Source: Myxococcota bacterium
GTDB lineage: Bacteria > Myxococcota > JACRCW01
Assembly: GCA_040752415.1 (NCBI GenBank)
Contig: JBFMGU010000008.1
Span: 1 to 64,000 of the forward strand
Direction of reading: 5' to 3'
Length of the DNA: 64,000 nucleotides
Under the pieces are notes generated by a model. The model was not told where the DNA came from. It ran no database searches and saw nothing but the letters and a program-made list of their open reading frames with translations. This document shows, one piece after another, positions 39,031 through 49,049 of this stretch. Within the stretch, counting starts at the first letter, position 1. Every line of letters begins with the position of its first letter. The translations under genes were made by a program, and so were the position numbers.

Positions 39031-40623
39031 ATGGCTGCCATGATGTGTCCCGGTTGCGCCGCCGAGCTCGACGTCACCGCCCCCTTCGCCGATGCCTGTC
39101 CGCGCTGCGGCGTGAGCTGGGTCGTCGCAGGAGGCTACCGGGTGGAGACGCTGGTGGGCCGCGGCGGGATGGGCACCGTCTACCAGGCGCGGCACGTGGT
39201 GAGCGGCGAGCGCGTGGCGGTGAAGGTCCTCACGTTGAACGCGGGCCAGGATTGGAAGGGCTACGAGCTGTTCGAGCGCAGCGCACGCGTGTTGCAGGGT
39301 CTGCAGCACCGCGCCCTTCCCCACGTGCACGCGTTTGACCACGGCGCCGACGGACGCCTGGTGCTGGTGCGCGAGATCTTCGACGGAGGGACGCTGTTCG
39401 AGCGCATCAAGAAGGAGCGGCGTCATCTTTCGCCCCACCAGGCGCAGGCGCTGCTGGAGTCGCTGTTGGGCATCCTGGTCTACCTGCACGGCCGCGTTCC
39501 CCCGGTGGTGCACCGCGACATCAAGCCGCAGAACATCATGTTCCGCAGCGTCGACGACTGGGAACCGGTGCTCGTTGACTTTGACACCGTGGCCGCCGCG
39601 CCCGCGGCGCAGCGGGGCAACACCATCGTCGCCACGCCCGGCTATGCCGCGCCGGAGCAGCTGGCCGGTGACGCTTCTCCCGCCGTGGATCTCTACGCGG
39701 TGGGCGCCACCATGCTCTTCGTCCTCACGCACGTGGAGCCCGACGACCTACCCCGCACCCGCGGTCGCTTCGACGTGGAGCACCTGCTGGGCAACGTGGA
39801 CCCGCGCGTGCGGCAGCTCATCCTCCGTCTCGTCGAGCCGGACCCCGGTCAGCGGCCGGCGAGCGCGGAGGAGGCCCTCGCGTCCATCGTGCCGTCCCTG
39901 GAGCAGCGGACCGTCCCACCGGAGAAGCGCGCCCGTCACGTCGTCCTTGCCGCCGGCATCGTCCTTACCGTCGTCGGCGTGCTGGGACCGCGCGCGTTCC
40001 GTCGGAGCGAACCCGTGGTGCAACCGGTCCACATGGCGCCGCCGCCTCCCATTCCGACGACACCACCGCCGCCCGCGCCACCCCCGGCGCCCGAGCCTCC
40101 GACGTCACATTCCCCGCCCTCGCGCCCCCACGAGAAGGATCCACCCCGTCCTCCGCCCAAGCCCAGCCGGCCCGCGGAGCCCTCGATCGAGGACGTCCTC
40201 AAGGGACTCTCCCGACACATCCAGTCCGTTACCATGGCCTACGGCGGCTACCGCACGCCGCGCATCACCCTGAAGGCCAGCACCAATGACACGCAGGCGC
40301 TGCAGGCCGCCGTTGCCGTGGGGCAGGAGATGCTCCGTCGTGACGGCGGGCCCGAGAAGCTCATTGGCACACGCAGCGGTTACGCGCTGGTCTACGTGGA
40401 CCTGCCCCCGGAAGCGGTTGGCGACCGGCAAACCATGAAGCCCTTTGCGCTGCGTGAGCTTTCCGTCGACGGAACCGCCGAGAAAACCAAGCGCGCGAGC
40501 AGCCACTTCGGTCCGCCCTATCTCCTGCGCGCCAGTCGCGTGCACGAGCAGCGCGGCGTCGCCTATTGCTGCAAGAATGAGCGCGTGGGTGAAGTGCGCG
40601 AGGGCAGGATCCACCTGGACTGA
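39031..40623 (+). CDS. Membrane-anchored Ser/Thr protein kinase with N-terminal Zn ribbon
   Basis: CPGC/CPRC; GRGGMGTVY, VAVK, HRDIKPQN, LVDFD and TPGYAAPEQ motifs; one TM segment and a Pro-rich linker. Confidence 0.9.
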   Translation: MAAMMCPGCAAELDVTAPFADACPRCGVSWVVAGGYRVETLVGRGGMGTVYQARHVVSGERVAVKVLTLNAGQDWKGYELFERSARVLQGLQHRALPHVHAFDHGADGRLVLVREIFDGGTLFERIKKERRHLSPHQAQALLESLLGILVYLHGRVPPVVHRDIKPQNIMFRSVDDWEPVLVDFDTVAAAPAAQRGNTIVATPGYAAPEQLAGDASPAVDLYAVGATMLFVLTHVEPDDLPRTRGRFDVEHLLGNVDPRVRQLILRLVEPDPGQRPASAEEALASIVPSLEQRTVPPEKRARHVVLAAGIVLTVVGVLGPRAFRRSEPVVQPVHMAPPPPIPTTPPPPAPPPAPEPPTSHSPPSRPHEKDPPRPPPKPSRPAEPSIEDVLKGLSRHIQSVTMAYGGYRTPRITLKASTNDTQALQAAVAVGQEMLRRDGGPEKLIGTRSGYALVYVDLPPEAVGDRQTMKPFALRELSVDGTAEKTKRASSHFGPPYLLRASRVHEQRGVAYCCKNERVGEVREGRIHLD

Positions 40624-40733
40624 ACGCACCGGAAATCCCGCGTCCTGACGGGTGCTTGTGGCGGGTTTGTTGCATGGTCACCCGGGGTGGTTAAGAGTCT
40701 TTCCGTCCCGCCGCCCGACGAGAGCCCCGAGCC

Positions 40734-41483
40734 GTGACCGCCTCCGCCCCAGCTTCAGCTCCGTCGACACCGGCCGGCGCATTGGTCCAGCTCAGGAACG
40801 TGGTGCGCAACTACGTGACGCCCGCGGGGATGTTCCCGGCACTGCGCGGCGTGGACCTCGACATCGCGGCGGGTGAGTTCGTGGCCATCGTCGGGAAATC
40901 CGGCTCCGGCAAGTCCACGCTCATCAACATGATGACCGCCATCGACAAGCCCACCAGCGGCGAGGTGTGGATCAACGGCACCGCGGTGCACGCGCTCAGC
41001 GAGAACCAGGCGGCCATCTGGCGCGGGACCACCGTGGGAATCGTGTTCCAGTTCTTCCAGCTGCTGCCCACGCTCTCCGTCGTGGACAACCTGGTGCTGC
41101 CCATGGACTTCTGCAACCGCTTCAAGCCGGAGGAGCGGGAGAAGCGCGCGTTGGAGCTGCTCACCATCGTCGGACTGGAGGACCACGCACGGAAGCTTCC
41201 CACCGAGCTGAGCGGCGGACAGCAGCAGCGCGCGGCCATTGCGCGGGCCCTCGCCAATGACCCGCCCATCCTCTGCGCCGACGAGCCCACCGGCAACCTG
41301 GACTCCAGGACCGCCGACGCCATCTTCTCGCTGTTCACGGACATGGCCTCGCGCGGAAAGACCATCATCATGGTCACGCACGACCGCGACCTCGCCTCGC
41401 GCGTAGGGCGTGCGGTGCTGGTGGCGGACGGCCTCATCGTCGAGGATCTGCCCGGTGGGCAACAGCTGCGGAGCGCCTCATGA
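40734..41483 (+). CDS. ABC transporter ATP-binding protein (LolD/MacB-like)
   Basis: [26 protein letters not shown] and VTHD motifs. Confidence 0.95.
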   Translation: MTASAPASAPSTPAGALVQLRNVVRNYVTPAGMFPALRGVDLDIAAGEFVAIVGKSGSGKSTLINMMTAIDKPTSGEVWINGTAVHALSENQAAIWRGTTVGIVFQFFQLLPTLSVVDNLVLPMDFCNRFKPEEREKRALELLTIVGLEDHARKLPTELSGGQQQRAAIARALANDPPILCADEPTGNLDSRTADAIFSLFTDMASRGKTIIMVTHDRDLASRVGRAVLVADGLIVEDLPGGQQLRSAS

Positions 41484-43867
41484 CCCCGCGTTGGAAGAAG
41501 GTTGCCTCCGACCTCTTCCAACAGCGCTCGCGCTCGGTCCTCGTCGTGCTGTCCATTGCCACGGGTGTGTTTGCCGTCGGTGCGGTGGCGGGGACCTATG
41601 ACAGCCTCAAGGAAGGCCTCACCAGCGTCTACGCCAAGGGCGTGCCGGCGCACGCGCGCATCTTCTTCCTGGAGCCCTTCCCGCTAGACCTGCACGAGAC
41701 GGTGCGTCGGTTCCCCGGCATCGCCGACGCGGAAGCGCGCCGTTCCGTGGACGTGCGCATGGTGGGCGACGAGGAGACCTCCAAGGGCCTGCAGCTCACC
41801 GCCATCCTGGACTTCAAGGACATCCGCATCGACCGCGTGCGGCCGGTCAGCGGTGAATGGCCCCCCAAGCAGGACGAGGTGCTCCTGGAGCGCTCGTCGC
41901 TGGAATCCTCCGGGCTCAAGATCGGCGACACCATCACCGTCGAGACGCCGCTCCGTCGGAAACGCACGCTGAGGATCGCGGGCACGGTGCATGACCCCGG
42001 TGTGCCGCCCAGCTTCTTCACCGGTCGACTGCACGGCACCGTGTCCATGGACACCATCGAGGCGCTGGGAGAGCCACCGCTGCCCGACCAGCTCCTGCTG
42101 CGCGTGAAGATGCCCAACCCCACGCGCAAGGACGTCGAGAAGGTCGTGAAGGCGGTGCGCGCGCGACTCGAGGACAGCGGGCTCACCGTGGTGTGGAACT
42201 GGATTCCGCCGCCGGGACAACATCCCGCCAAGGAGCCCATCACGTCGTTGTTGTTCATCTTGACCGTGCTGGGCGTGGTGGTGCTGCTGCTCAGCGGCTT
42301 CCTGCTGTTCAACACCATCACCGCCATCCTCACCCAGCAGACGCGCCAGATCGGCATCATGAAATCCATTGGCGCCACCACCGCGCAGATCGCGGAGCTC
42401 TACGTGGTGCTGGTGCTGGCGTATTGCACGCTTGCCGTCCTCGTCGCCGTGCCCACGGGCTTTGTGACCGCGCGGTTCGCCGCGGAGAGCACGGCGGGGA
42501 TGCTCAACCTGGACCTGCCGGAGTTCGGGGTTCCGCCGTGGATCCTGGGCTCGCAGGTGGCGCTCGGGTTCCTCGTGCCCCTGCTGGCGGCGTTGCCGCC
42601 CATCATCCGCGCGTCGCGCATCACGGTGCGGGAGGCATTGGCGTTCTACGGGTTGCCCTCCGCCGCGTCGTCACCGCGATTCATTGACGTGCTGGCGCGG
42701 AAGGTCCGCATCATCACCCGTCCGGCGCTGCTCTCCTTGCGCAATGCGTTCCGTCGTCGACTGCGCCTCGGCTTGACGCTGGCCACGCTCACCACCGGCG
42801 GCGCCATCTTCATGGCCGTGCTCAGCACGCGGGCGTCCATGACCGCCACCCTGGAGCAGGCGCTCTCCTACTGGGCCTACGACGTGGAGGTGCAGTTCAT
42901 CCGTCCCTACCGCGCCGACCGCGTGAAGGAGGAGATCCTGCGCGTCCCCGGGGTGGCGGCGGTGGAGACGTGGGGATTCAGCGCCGCGCAGCTCATGAAG
43001 GACTGGCAGGGCACGGAGGAGAGCCGCGTGTTCATGCTTGCTCCGCCCGCGGAGACGCAGATGCTGAGGCCCACCCTCGTCGAGGGACGCTGGCTGCGCA
43101 AGGATGACGAGGCCTCCGTGGTCATCAACACCGAGGTCCTGCGCAACAACCCCGACGTGAAGGTGGGTGACCACGTCCTGTTGCGCGTGGGCGGTCACCG
43201 CACGACGTGGCGCGTGGTGGGCATGGTGCGCGGCGTGCTCAGCGGTCCGTGGGTCTACGTGAACCGGCCCTACCATGCGCTGGTGGCGCGCGAGGGTGGT
43301 CGTGCGGCCAGCGTGCAGATTGTGACGACGGAGAAGAGCCCGGAGTTCCTGGCCGCGCTCTCGCAGCGCCTGGAGGATCACCTGCGCGCGGAGGGCTACC
43401 AGGTCTCCTCCGTCGAGAACGCGACGCAGTGGCGCAGCCGCGTGGAAGGGCAATTCAACGTCATCACGTCGTTCCTGATTGCCATGGCGCTGCTCATGGC
43501 GTTGGTGGGTGCGCTCGCGCTCGCGGGCACCATGGGCATCAACGTGCTGGAGCGCGTGAAGGAGATCGGCGTCATCCGCGCGGTGGGTGCGTCCACGCCC
43601 ACGGTGATGGGCATCTTCGTCCTCGAGGGGATGACGGTGGGCCTCTTGAGCTACCTGATTGCCATGGTGCTCAGCCTGCCGCTCGCGTACCTGATGTCCT
43701 ACCAGGTGGGCGTGACCTTCACGCGGGCGCCTTTTGACTTCACGTGGTCGGCGCAGGGCGCGGGCGGGTGGTTGGTCCTGGTGATGATCCTCTCCGTGCT
43801 GGCCAGCCTGTGGCCCGCGTGGAATGCCGCCCGTATCAGTGTGCGGGAAGTGCTGGCGATGGAGTAG
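41480..43867 (+). CDS. ABC transporter permease, duplicated MacB/FtsX type
   Basis: Two FtsX halves ([30 protein letters not shown]); ATGA overlap with the ATPase gene. Confidence 0.93.
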   Translation: MTPRWKKVASDLFQQRSRSVLVVLSIATGVFAVGAVAGTYDSLKEGLTSVYAKGVPAHARIFFLEPFPLDLHETVRRFPGIADAEARRSVDVRMVGDEETSKGLQLTAILDFKDIRIDRVRPVSGEWPPKQDEVLLERSSLESSGLKIGDTITVETPLRRKRTLRIAGTVHDPGVPPSFFTGRLHGTVSMDTIEALGEPPLPDQLLLRVKMPNPTRKDVEKVVKAVRARLEDSGLTVVWNWIPPPGQHPAKEPITSLLFILTVLGVVVLLLSGFLLFNTITAILTQQTRQIGIMKSIGATTAQIAELYVVLVLAYCTLAVLVAVPTGFVTARFAAESTAGMLNLDLPEFGVPPWILGSQVALGFLVPLLAALPPIIRASRITVREALAFYGLPSAASSPRFIDVLARKVRIITRPALLSLRNAFRRRLRLGLTLATLTTGGAIFMAVLSTRASMTATLEQALSYWAYDVEVQFIRPYRADRVKEEILRVPGVAAVETWGFSAAQLMKDWQGTEESRVFMLAPPAETQMLRPTLVEGRWLRKDDEASVVINTEVLRNNPDVKVGDHVLLRVGGHRTTWRVVGMVRGVLSGPWVYVNRPYHALVAREGGRAASVQIVTTEKSPEFLAALSQRLEDHLRAEGYQVSSVENATQWRSRVEGQFNVITSFLIAMALLMALVGALALAGTMGINVLERVKEIGVIRAVGASTPTVMGIFVLEGMTVGLLSYLIAMVLSLPLAYLMSYQVGVTFTRAPFDFTWSAQGAGGWLVLVMILSVLASLWPAWNAARISVREVLAME

Positions 43868-43885
43868 AGAAGTGGTGAGGCGCGC

Positions 43886-44926
43886 ATGAGTCTCCTGGGA
43901 CGACTGGCATGGAGTGCGGGAATGGTTGCGCTGGGCGCCGGCGTGACCGCGGGGGTCATGAATGCCGGTGCCAAGAAGGCGGAAGCCTCCAAGTCCACCG
44001 ACGCGGGCCCGCTCGCGCCGCCGGGTGACATCGTGGCGGAGGCGGTGGTGACGCCGGTGGAGTTCGTGTCGCTCTCGCTGCCCATTGGCGGAACCATCGT
44101 CGAGATTGCGGCGCACGAGGGGCAGCGCGTGCAGGCCGGTGCGCTCATTGCTCGACTGGACGGACGGGAGGCCTCCGCCCGACTCAACAGCGCCCGCGCC
44201 GAGCTGCAACGCGCCGTGGCGCACCTCAAGGAAATCCGTTCTCCGATGCGCCCGCAGGAGCTCGCGGTGCGCGACGCGATGATTGCGCAGACGAAGACCG
44301 AGGAGGACCGCCTGCGCTCGGAGCTGGACCGGCTCACGCAGCTGCACGCGCGCAGCGCGGCGGCACCGGCGGATGTCGAACGCGCGCGTTCGGCGCTGGA
44401 GCGTGCGGCGGCCATGCGTCGTCAGGCGGAGGCGGAGCGGGAGCTGGCGGTGCTGGGCCCGCGCCCGGAGACCATTGCGGTGGCGGAGGCGGCGGTGGAG
44501 ACGGCGCGCGCCACGGTGAAGCAGGCGGAGACCGCGTCCCACAACCTGGAGCTGCGCGCGCCCATTGCCGGTGAGGTGGCCTATCTCGACCTGCGCGTCG
44601 GGGAATTCGCGCCGCCGGGCACGCCGATTGTGCGGCTGGCGGACACCTCGCGCTGGGTGCTCAAGACGGATGACCTCACGGAGCTCGCGGTGGTGCGCGT
44701 CAACGAGAACGCCGCGGTGACGGTGACCCTCGACGCCATTCCCGGGCTGGAGCTTTCCGGTCGGGTGACGCACGTGCGTGCGCTGGGTGAGCGCAAGAAG
44801 GGCGACATGACCTACACCGCGACGATCGAGCTGGACCGCCAGGACGAGCGGCTGCGGTGGAACATGACGGCCAGCGTGCGCATCAACTCCAAACAGCCGA
44901 CGGCAACGGTGGGGTCACCCGGTTGA
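43886..44926 (+). CDS. HlyD/MacA-like periplasmic adaptor subunit
   Basis: GG.I.....EG..V.AG..IARLD, coiled coil, LRAPIAG and LRWNMTA motifs. Confidence 0.9.
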   Translation: MSLLGRLAWSAGMVALGAGVTAGVMNAGAKKAEASKSTDAGPLAPPGDIVAEAVVTPVEFVSLSLPIGGTIVEIAAHEGQRVQAGALIARLDGREASARLNSARAELQRAVAHLKEIRSPMRPQELAVRDAMIAQTKTEEDRLRSELDRLTQLHARSAAAPADVERARSALERAAAMRRQAEAERELAVLGPRPETIAVAEAAVETARATVKQAETASHNLELRAPIAGEVAYLDLRVGEFAPPGTPIVRLADTSRWVLKTDDLTELAVVRVNENAAVTVTLDAIPGLELSGRVTHVRALGERKKGDMTYTATIELDRQDERLRWNMTASVRINSKQPTATVGSPG

Positions 44927-44997
44927 TCCCAAGGTTCGTCACACGCGCACGGCGTGTCGACGAATCCACTCCGAAATCCAACGCAGCTCGAAGGCGC

Positions 44998-45222
44998 TCA
45001 CCTGGCCAGCCGGTGGAACGTGTCCCGGAATTCGCACATGAACTCCCGCCCAGCCTCCACCTGCTCCGCCACGCTCGGGTCATGCGGCGTCAGGCGAAGG
45101 CCGTCCGGAGTCTCGGTTACGAACAACGTATCCCCCTTCTCCACCTGCAACTTCGCCACGATCTCTTTGGGCAGGATGATCCCCAGGGACTTGCCTACCT
45201 GGATCAGCTTGAGCGCGTGCAT
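44998..45222 (-). CDS. Orphan AbrB/MazE-family antitoxin
   Basis: LKL.QVGKSLGIILPKE...KL.V.KGD.L...ETPDG..LTP.DP; no intact toxin gene downstream. Confidence 0.85.
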   Translation of the reverse strand: MHALKLIQVGKSLGIILPKEIVAKLQVEKGDTLFVTETPDGLRLTPHDPSVAEQVEAGREFMCEFRDTFHRLAR

Positions 45223-45276
45223 GACGTCCTCACATCATGATGGCGACGGTCGTCATAACAGCCACAACCGTGCCGG

Positions 45277-46692
45277 TCACAGCGGATCGGCGCAGCAGCG
45301 GAATCCCGTCGAGTAGTCCCAGTGCAGCCGGTCATGCGCGGTGGTGCGGTAGAGGCACCCCTCCCCGTTGATGCGCGTGTCCACGTAGAAGCCGCCGCGG
45401 AACGTGCCCGCGGGGTCGGCGGTCCACTCGTGCAGGTTGCCCATCATGTCCATCAGCCCTTCCGACGTCACGCAGCCCGCGTTCTCGCCCGTCACATCCA
45501 GCCCGTTGGCCAGCTGGTTGAGACACGGGTGACCAATCTTCGAGAACGGGTCCGGATCGTCGGGGCCAAAGTACTCAATCGCCGGGTGCGTCGAGCGCGC
45601 GTCGTTGCAGACGCCATCCTGTCGCGCGTTGCCGTAGGGATAGATCCTTCCGTCGGGGCCCTGGCACGCGCGCAGCCATTCCACGTCGGTGCATAGGCGC
45701 TTGCCCGCGTTCTGGCACGCCGCTTCGGCTTGATTCGCGTTGATATAGCCTTGCGGTACCGCGCCCGCCGCGCTCATTGCGCGCATGGCCCGGTTGCCGG
45801 GATTGAAATACGGTGACCAGTCCCCCACGCCGCCATCCGGCAACATCTCGACGAGAACCGCCTCGTACACATCCACGCAGAAGCCATCCACCAGCTTCAT
45901 GCCCGCGGGACACGCGGCATCCCAGCTCTCCTCGACGATCCCCACGTTGGGCAGCGGATGGTCCGCCTCGGTGCACTGGGGAGAATCGTCGGGCGGGTGA
46001 CAACACTGGATGTCCGCCGGTCCCGGGCAATACCCCGCGGTGCTCACCCAGCTCCCACCACACAGCGACGTGCTCGCGCACACACCCGCCACTCCCGCCA
46101 CGCTGCACTCCCCGTGCTCCGACGGAAACGCCGCACACGCCTCCATCCCCTCATCGGTGTCGCAGCCCTGCTCCGCGCAGCACGTCTCGAACGTGGCCGG
46201 GCCCGCGTCGCGGGGAGAAGGCGGCGCGCAGCACTGGATGTCCGCCGGTCCGGGACAGAGGCCCGCGGTGCTGACCCAGTCCCCGCCGCACAGGCTCGTG
46301 CTCACGCAGACGCCCGCGTTCCCGTCCACCGCGCACCGGCCGTGCTCCGGCTCATACGCCGCGCACGTTGCGGTCCCGTCCGAGTCCTGGCACCCGCGCG
46401 TCTCGCAACACGACTCGAACGTGACCACCCCCGCATCCCCACCCGCGGCGTCGGGCGTGGTCGCGTCGCGTGCGCCCGCGTCGGTCCCCGTTGTGGCGTC
46501 CACCCCGCCCCCGTCCCAACCCGCGTCGCGCGGCAAGGCGGCGTCCGCCACGGTGGCATCGACCGACCACGGAACGTCCCACCTCCCGGCCGCGTCGAGC
46601 CCGGGTCCCGCGTCCTCGCGCGGTGCGTCATTCCCGGTGCAGGCCCCCAGGCCCAATCCCAGCACCAACCACCCCAGCGTCGCCGTGCGCAT
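45277..46692 (-). CDS. FGE-sulfatase domain lipoprotein with two tandem 76-aa Cys-rich modules
   Basis: LGAC lipobox; GKRLC...EW..AC.GP, DMMGNLHEW and TGFRCC motifs; two copies of GxCPGPADIQCC. Confidence 0.85.
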   Translation of the reverse strand: MRTATLGWLVLGLGLGACTGNDAPREDAGPGLDAAGRWDVPWSVDATVADAALPRDAGWDGGGVDATTGTDAGARDATTPDAAGGDAGVVTFESCCETRGCQDSDGTATCAAYEPEHGRCAVDGNAGVCVSTSLCGGDWVSTAGLCPGPADIQCCAPPSPRDAGPATFETCCAEQGCDTDEGMEACAAFPSEHGECSVAGVAGVCASTSLCGGSWVSTAGYCPGPADIQCCHPPDDSPQCTEADHPLPNVGIVEESWDAACPAGMKLVDGFCVDVYEAVLVEMLPDGGVGDWSPYFNPGNRAMRAMSAAGAVPQGYINANQAEAACQNAGKRLCTDVEWLRACQGPDGRIYPYGNARQDGVCNDARSTHPAIEYFGPDDPDPFSKIGHPCLNQLANGLDVTGENAGCVTSEGLMDMMGNLHEWTADPAGTFRGGFYVDTRINGEGCLYRTTAHDRLHWDYSTGFRCCADPL

Positions 46693-46979
46693 CACAGCAT
46701 TGTCGGCACCCGTCCCACCTCCGACCTGCGCGTTTTCTGCGAGCGAGCGCCAAACTCCGGCGCAAGTCGGTCACCCTGCGGATACGAAAACTCTTCGGCA
46801 TCACGGATCCGCGGGCGGGCCGGACCGGGAAAGCCTCACAACTTCAAGGGCTTGTGCGGTTCCGCCGGGAGCTTGGCCGCGCGCACGCCGTGCGCACCGT
46901 CTCTGGTCATTTCACCGATACTGGCCTAGTCAATCCATACCAAGGTGCCGGCTCGCCGGCTTTTCCTTCGAGGTCGCAC

Positions 46980-48392
46980 GTGACGACGATTGGTTCCGGG
47001 GGTGGTTACGCGTCGCTTGGGTCGGTCCATGCGGGGCTGTTGGAGCGCATGGGCATTCCAGGGGAGGTGGCATCCCTGGCCGGCGCGCAGATCGACGCCG
47101 AGGTGGGCGACTTCGCGGGAATGGCCAACAACCTGTCCGACCTGTTCGAGAAGAACATTGGTCGACAGGCTGCCGAGGCGCTGCTCGGCGGTGCGCTGCC
47201 CCCGCCCATGTTCACGCCGCGTCCCGGCGAGATGATGGCGCAGATCCTGGACAGCCCGCTGGCCAAGGCGCTCGGCGCTCCCCCGGGGTTCCATCCCATG
47301 GGCGCCATGAAGCGCGAGCAGCCCTTTGGCGACGGGAAGCTCGGCAAATCCATCGAGAAGGCCATCAAGAAGGACCCGCACTTCAAGGCCGCCATGGAGA
47401 AGGCGCTGGGTGGGGTGATCATCCCCGACGGCCGCAACGACGGGAAGCTCACCGTGTTCCGTCCGCCGGTGAACACCGTGGGTGAGATCATGAAGGGCGC
47501 GCTGGCCAAGGGTCTGCTCGCCGGCGGCGGAATCGCCGGTGCGCTGGCCGGGATGGGCCTGCCCTTTGGTGCCGGTGGTCCGCTCGGGCATGCGCTTGGT
47601 CGTCTTGCCGCCAACCTCGCCAACTTCGCCGAGAACGGGCCGCTGGGCGCGTCGGGAAGCAAGAGCGCACAGAGCGCCGGGGGCGCGGGCGACGCGGGTG
47701 GCGTCGGTGGCAACGGCAGCAAGTGGGGCCTGGGTGCCGAGGAGGCCCAGTTCGCGCAGGGCATGGGCATTGACCTCGCGCACGCCAGCTTCGAGGACGT
47801 CCTCTTCCTCCTTCTCATGAAGTACGCGAAGAAGAAGGAAGACGACATCATGAAGAAGGTGCAGGAGCTGGATAAGTCCATGCAGTCCGGCGGCGCCGGT
47901 GGTGAGGGCGGCGGCGGCGGTGGCATCGGCGACATCATGGGCGGCGGTGGCGCCGGTGGTCCCAAGGGCGCCGGTGGTCCCAAGGGCGCCGGTGGTCCCA
48001 AGGGCGCCAAGGGCGCGGGTGGTCCCAAGGGTGCCAAGGGCGCGGGCGGTCCCAAGGGCGCCAAGGGCGCGGGCGGTCCCAAGGGCGCCAAGGGTGCCAA
48101 GGGCAACATGGCCATGGGTGCCGTGAACCAGGTGGCCGGCGCGCTCGGTGGCGGCGGTGGTGGTGGCGGCGGCGCGGGCAAGACCGGCGGTGGTGGCGGC
48201 GGCGGCGGAGGTGGCATGCAGGGCGCCAACCTCGGCGAGAAGATGGACACCTCCAAGATGAGCGACACCATGAAGCAGCAGATGCTGCAGAAGCTCATGG
48301 GCGACCTGCAGAAGCTCTACGAGATGCTCTCGAACATGATCAAGAGCATGCACGACATGCAGATGACGCCCACCCGCAACCTGCGCGGCTGA
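46980..48392 (+). CDS. Gly/Met-rich protein with Lys-rich collagen-like tract and T3SS-substrate-like C-terminal helix
   Basis: GAGGT RBS before GTG 46980; strong codon bias; (G-X-Y)18 at 47949-48110; ends MLSNMIKSMHDMQMTPTRNLRG; no signal peptide. Confidence 0.8.
   Translation: MTTIGSGGGYASLGSVHAGLLERMGIPGEVASLAGAQIDAEVGDFAGMANNLSDLFEKNIGRQAAEALLGGALPPPMFTPRPGEMMAQILDSPLAKALGAPPGFHPMGAMKREQPFGDGKLGKSIEKAIKKDPHFKAAMEKALGGVIIPDGRNDGKLTVFRPPVNTVGEIMKGALAKGLLAGGGIAGALAGMGLPFGAGGPLGHALGRLAANLANFAENGPLGASGSKSAQSAGGAGDAGGVGGNGSKWGLGAEEAQFAQGMGIDLAHASFEDVLFLLLMKYAKKKEDDIMKKVQELDKSMQSGGAGGEGGGGGGIGDIMGGGGAGGPKGAGGPKGAGGPKGAKGAGGPKGAKGAGGPKGAKGAGGPKGAKGAKGNMAMGAVNQVAGALGGGGGGGGGAGKTGGGGGGGGGGMQGANLGEKMDTSKMSDTMKQQMLQKLMGDLQKLYEMLSNMIKSMHDMQMTPTRNLRG
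47949..48110 (+). repeat. Coding 9-bp-unit repeat: GAG/GPK/GAK collagen-like triplets
   Basis: ggcgccggt ggtcccaag ggcgccaag units; 18 triplets, 11 with Lys at Y. Confidence 0.92.
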
Positions 48393-48425
48393 ACTTTCTC
48401 GTCGTCACGCGGGCAGTCCTCCACG

Positions 48426-49049
48426 ATGCAATGTGCCGTCCAGCGCCGCTCCATCTACCTGGCCCCGCCGGGGACGATGGACCGGCACTGGATCGCGCGT
48501 GAGTTCAGCAAGCCGCACATCTACGAGATGTTCGGGTTCAACTCGCCCGCGAGCATGCTCATCGGCAATCGCGTGCGGGATGACCTCATCGTCGGGGCCA
48601 TCAGGCTCACCAGCCACCAGGTGCGCATTGGTTTCGCGCTGATGTTCCCACCCACGGACCTCGTGGAGTTCTGGGAGTTCGGCTACGCCATCACCGAGCC
48701 GAAACACCGCAACGCGTTCAACGCGGTCAACGCCATGGACGCCATGGCCCATTACACGCTGGACCTCATGGGGCTCCCGCTCGTCGGGGGGCGCACCCGG
48801 GAGGACAACCGCGCCGCCGCAGCCATTGCGCTGCGCTCCGGTCACAAGCCGCTCTACACGCGCCAGTGGGACGGACACACCTACACGTTCTACACGCTGG
48901 ACCAGGCGGGCTGGGCCAAGCGCAAAGAGAAGCTGGAGCGCGGGGAGAAGGAGCACCCGTACACCGGCGCGGTGTTTCACGTGATGGAGTCGCCGCCGTA
49001 TATTCCGGTCCAGCCGCAAGGCGCGGCTCCCGGGGACACCGGCGCATGA
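48426..49049 (+). CDS. RimJ/RimL-like GNAT-fold protein
   Basis: IGF....P....WEFGYAI..P.HR and T..DN.AA......G pattern. Confidence 0.6.
   Translation: MQCAVQRRSIYLAPPGTMDRHWIAREFSKPHIYEMFGFNSPASMLIGNRVRDDLIVGAIRLTSHQVRIGFALMFPPTDLVEFWEFGYAITEPKHRNAFNAVNAMDAMAHYTLDLMGLPLVGGRTREDNRAAAAIALRSGHKPLYTRQWDGHTYTFYTLDQAGWAKRKEKLERGEKEHPYTGAVFHVMESPPYIPVQPQGAAPGDTGA

Larger units (their letters stand above)
38120..39073 (+). repeat. ~90-bp direct repeat (38120-38209 and 38985-39073) flanking the TA module
   Basis: Four substitutions and one indel; both copies contain the RBS and MAAMMCPGCAAELD of the kinase gene. Confidence 0.92.

Noticed and set aside
39570..39590. Kinase DFG changed to DFD, suggesting a pseudokinase
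   Set aside because: The metal-binding Asp, VAVK lysine and HRD motif are intact; the substitution alone is not evidence of inactivity.
46740..46860. c-di-GMP riboswitch suggested by a GCAA-tetraloop hairpin
   Set aside because: The remaining consensus elements and second stem were not found.
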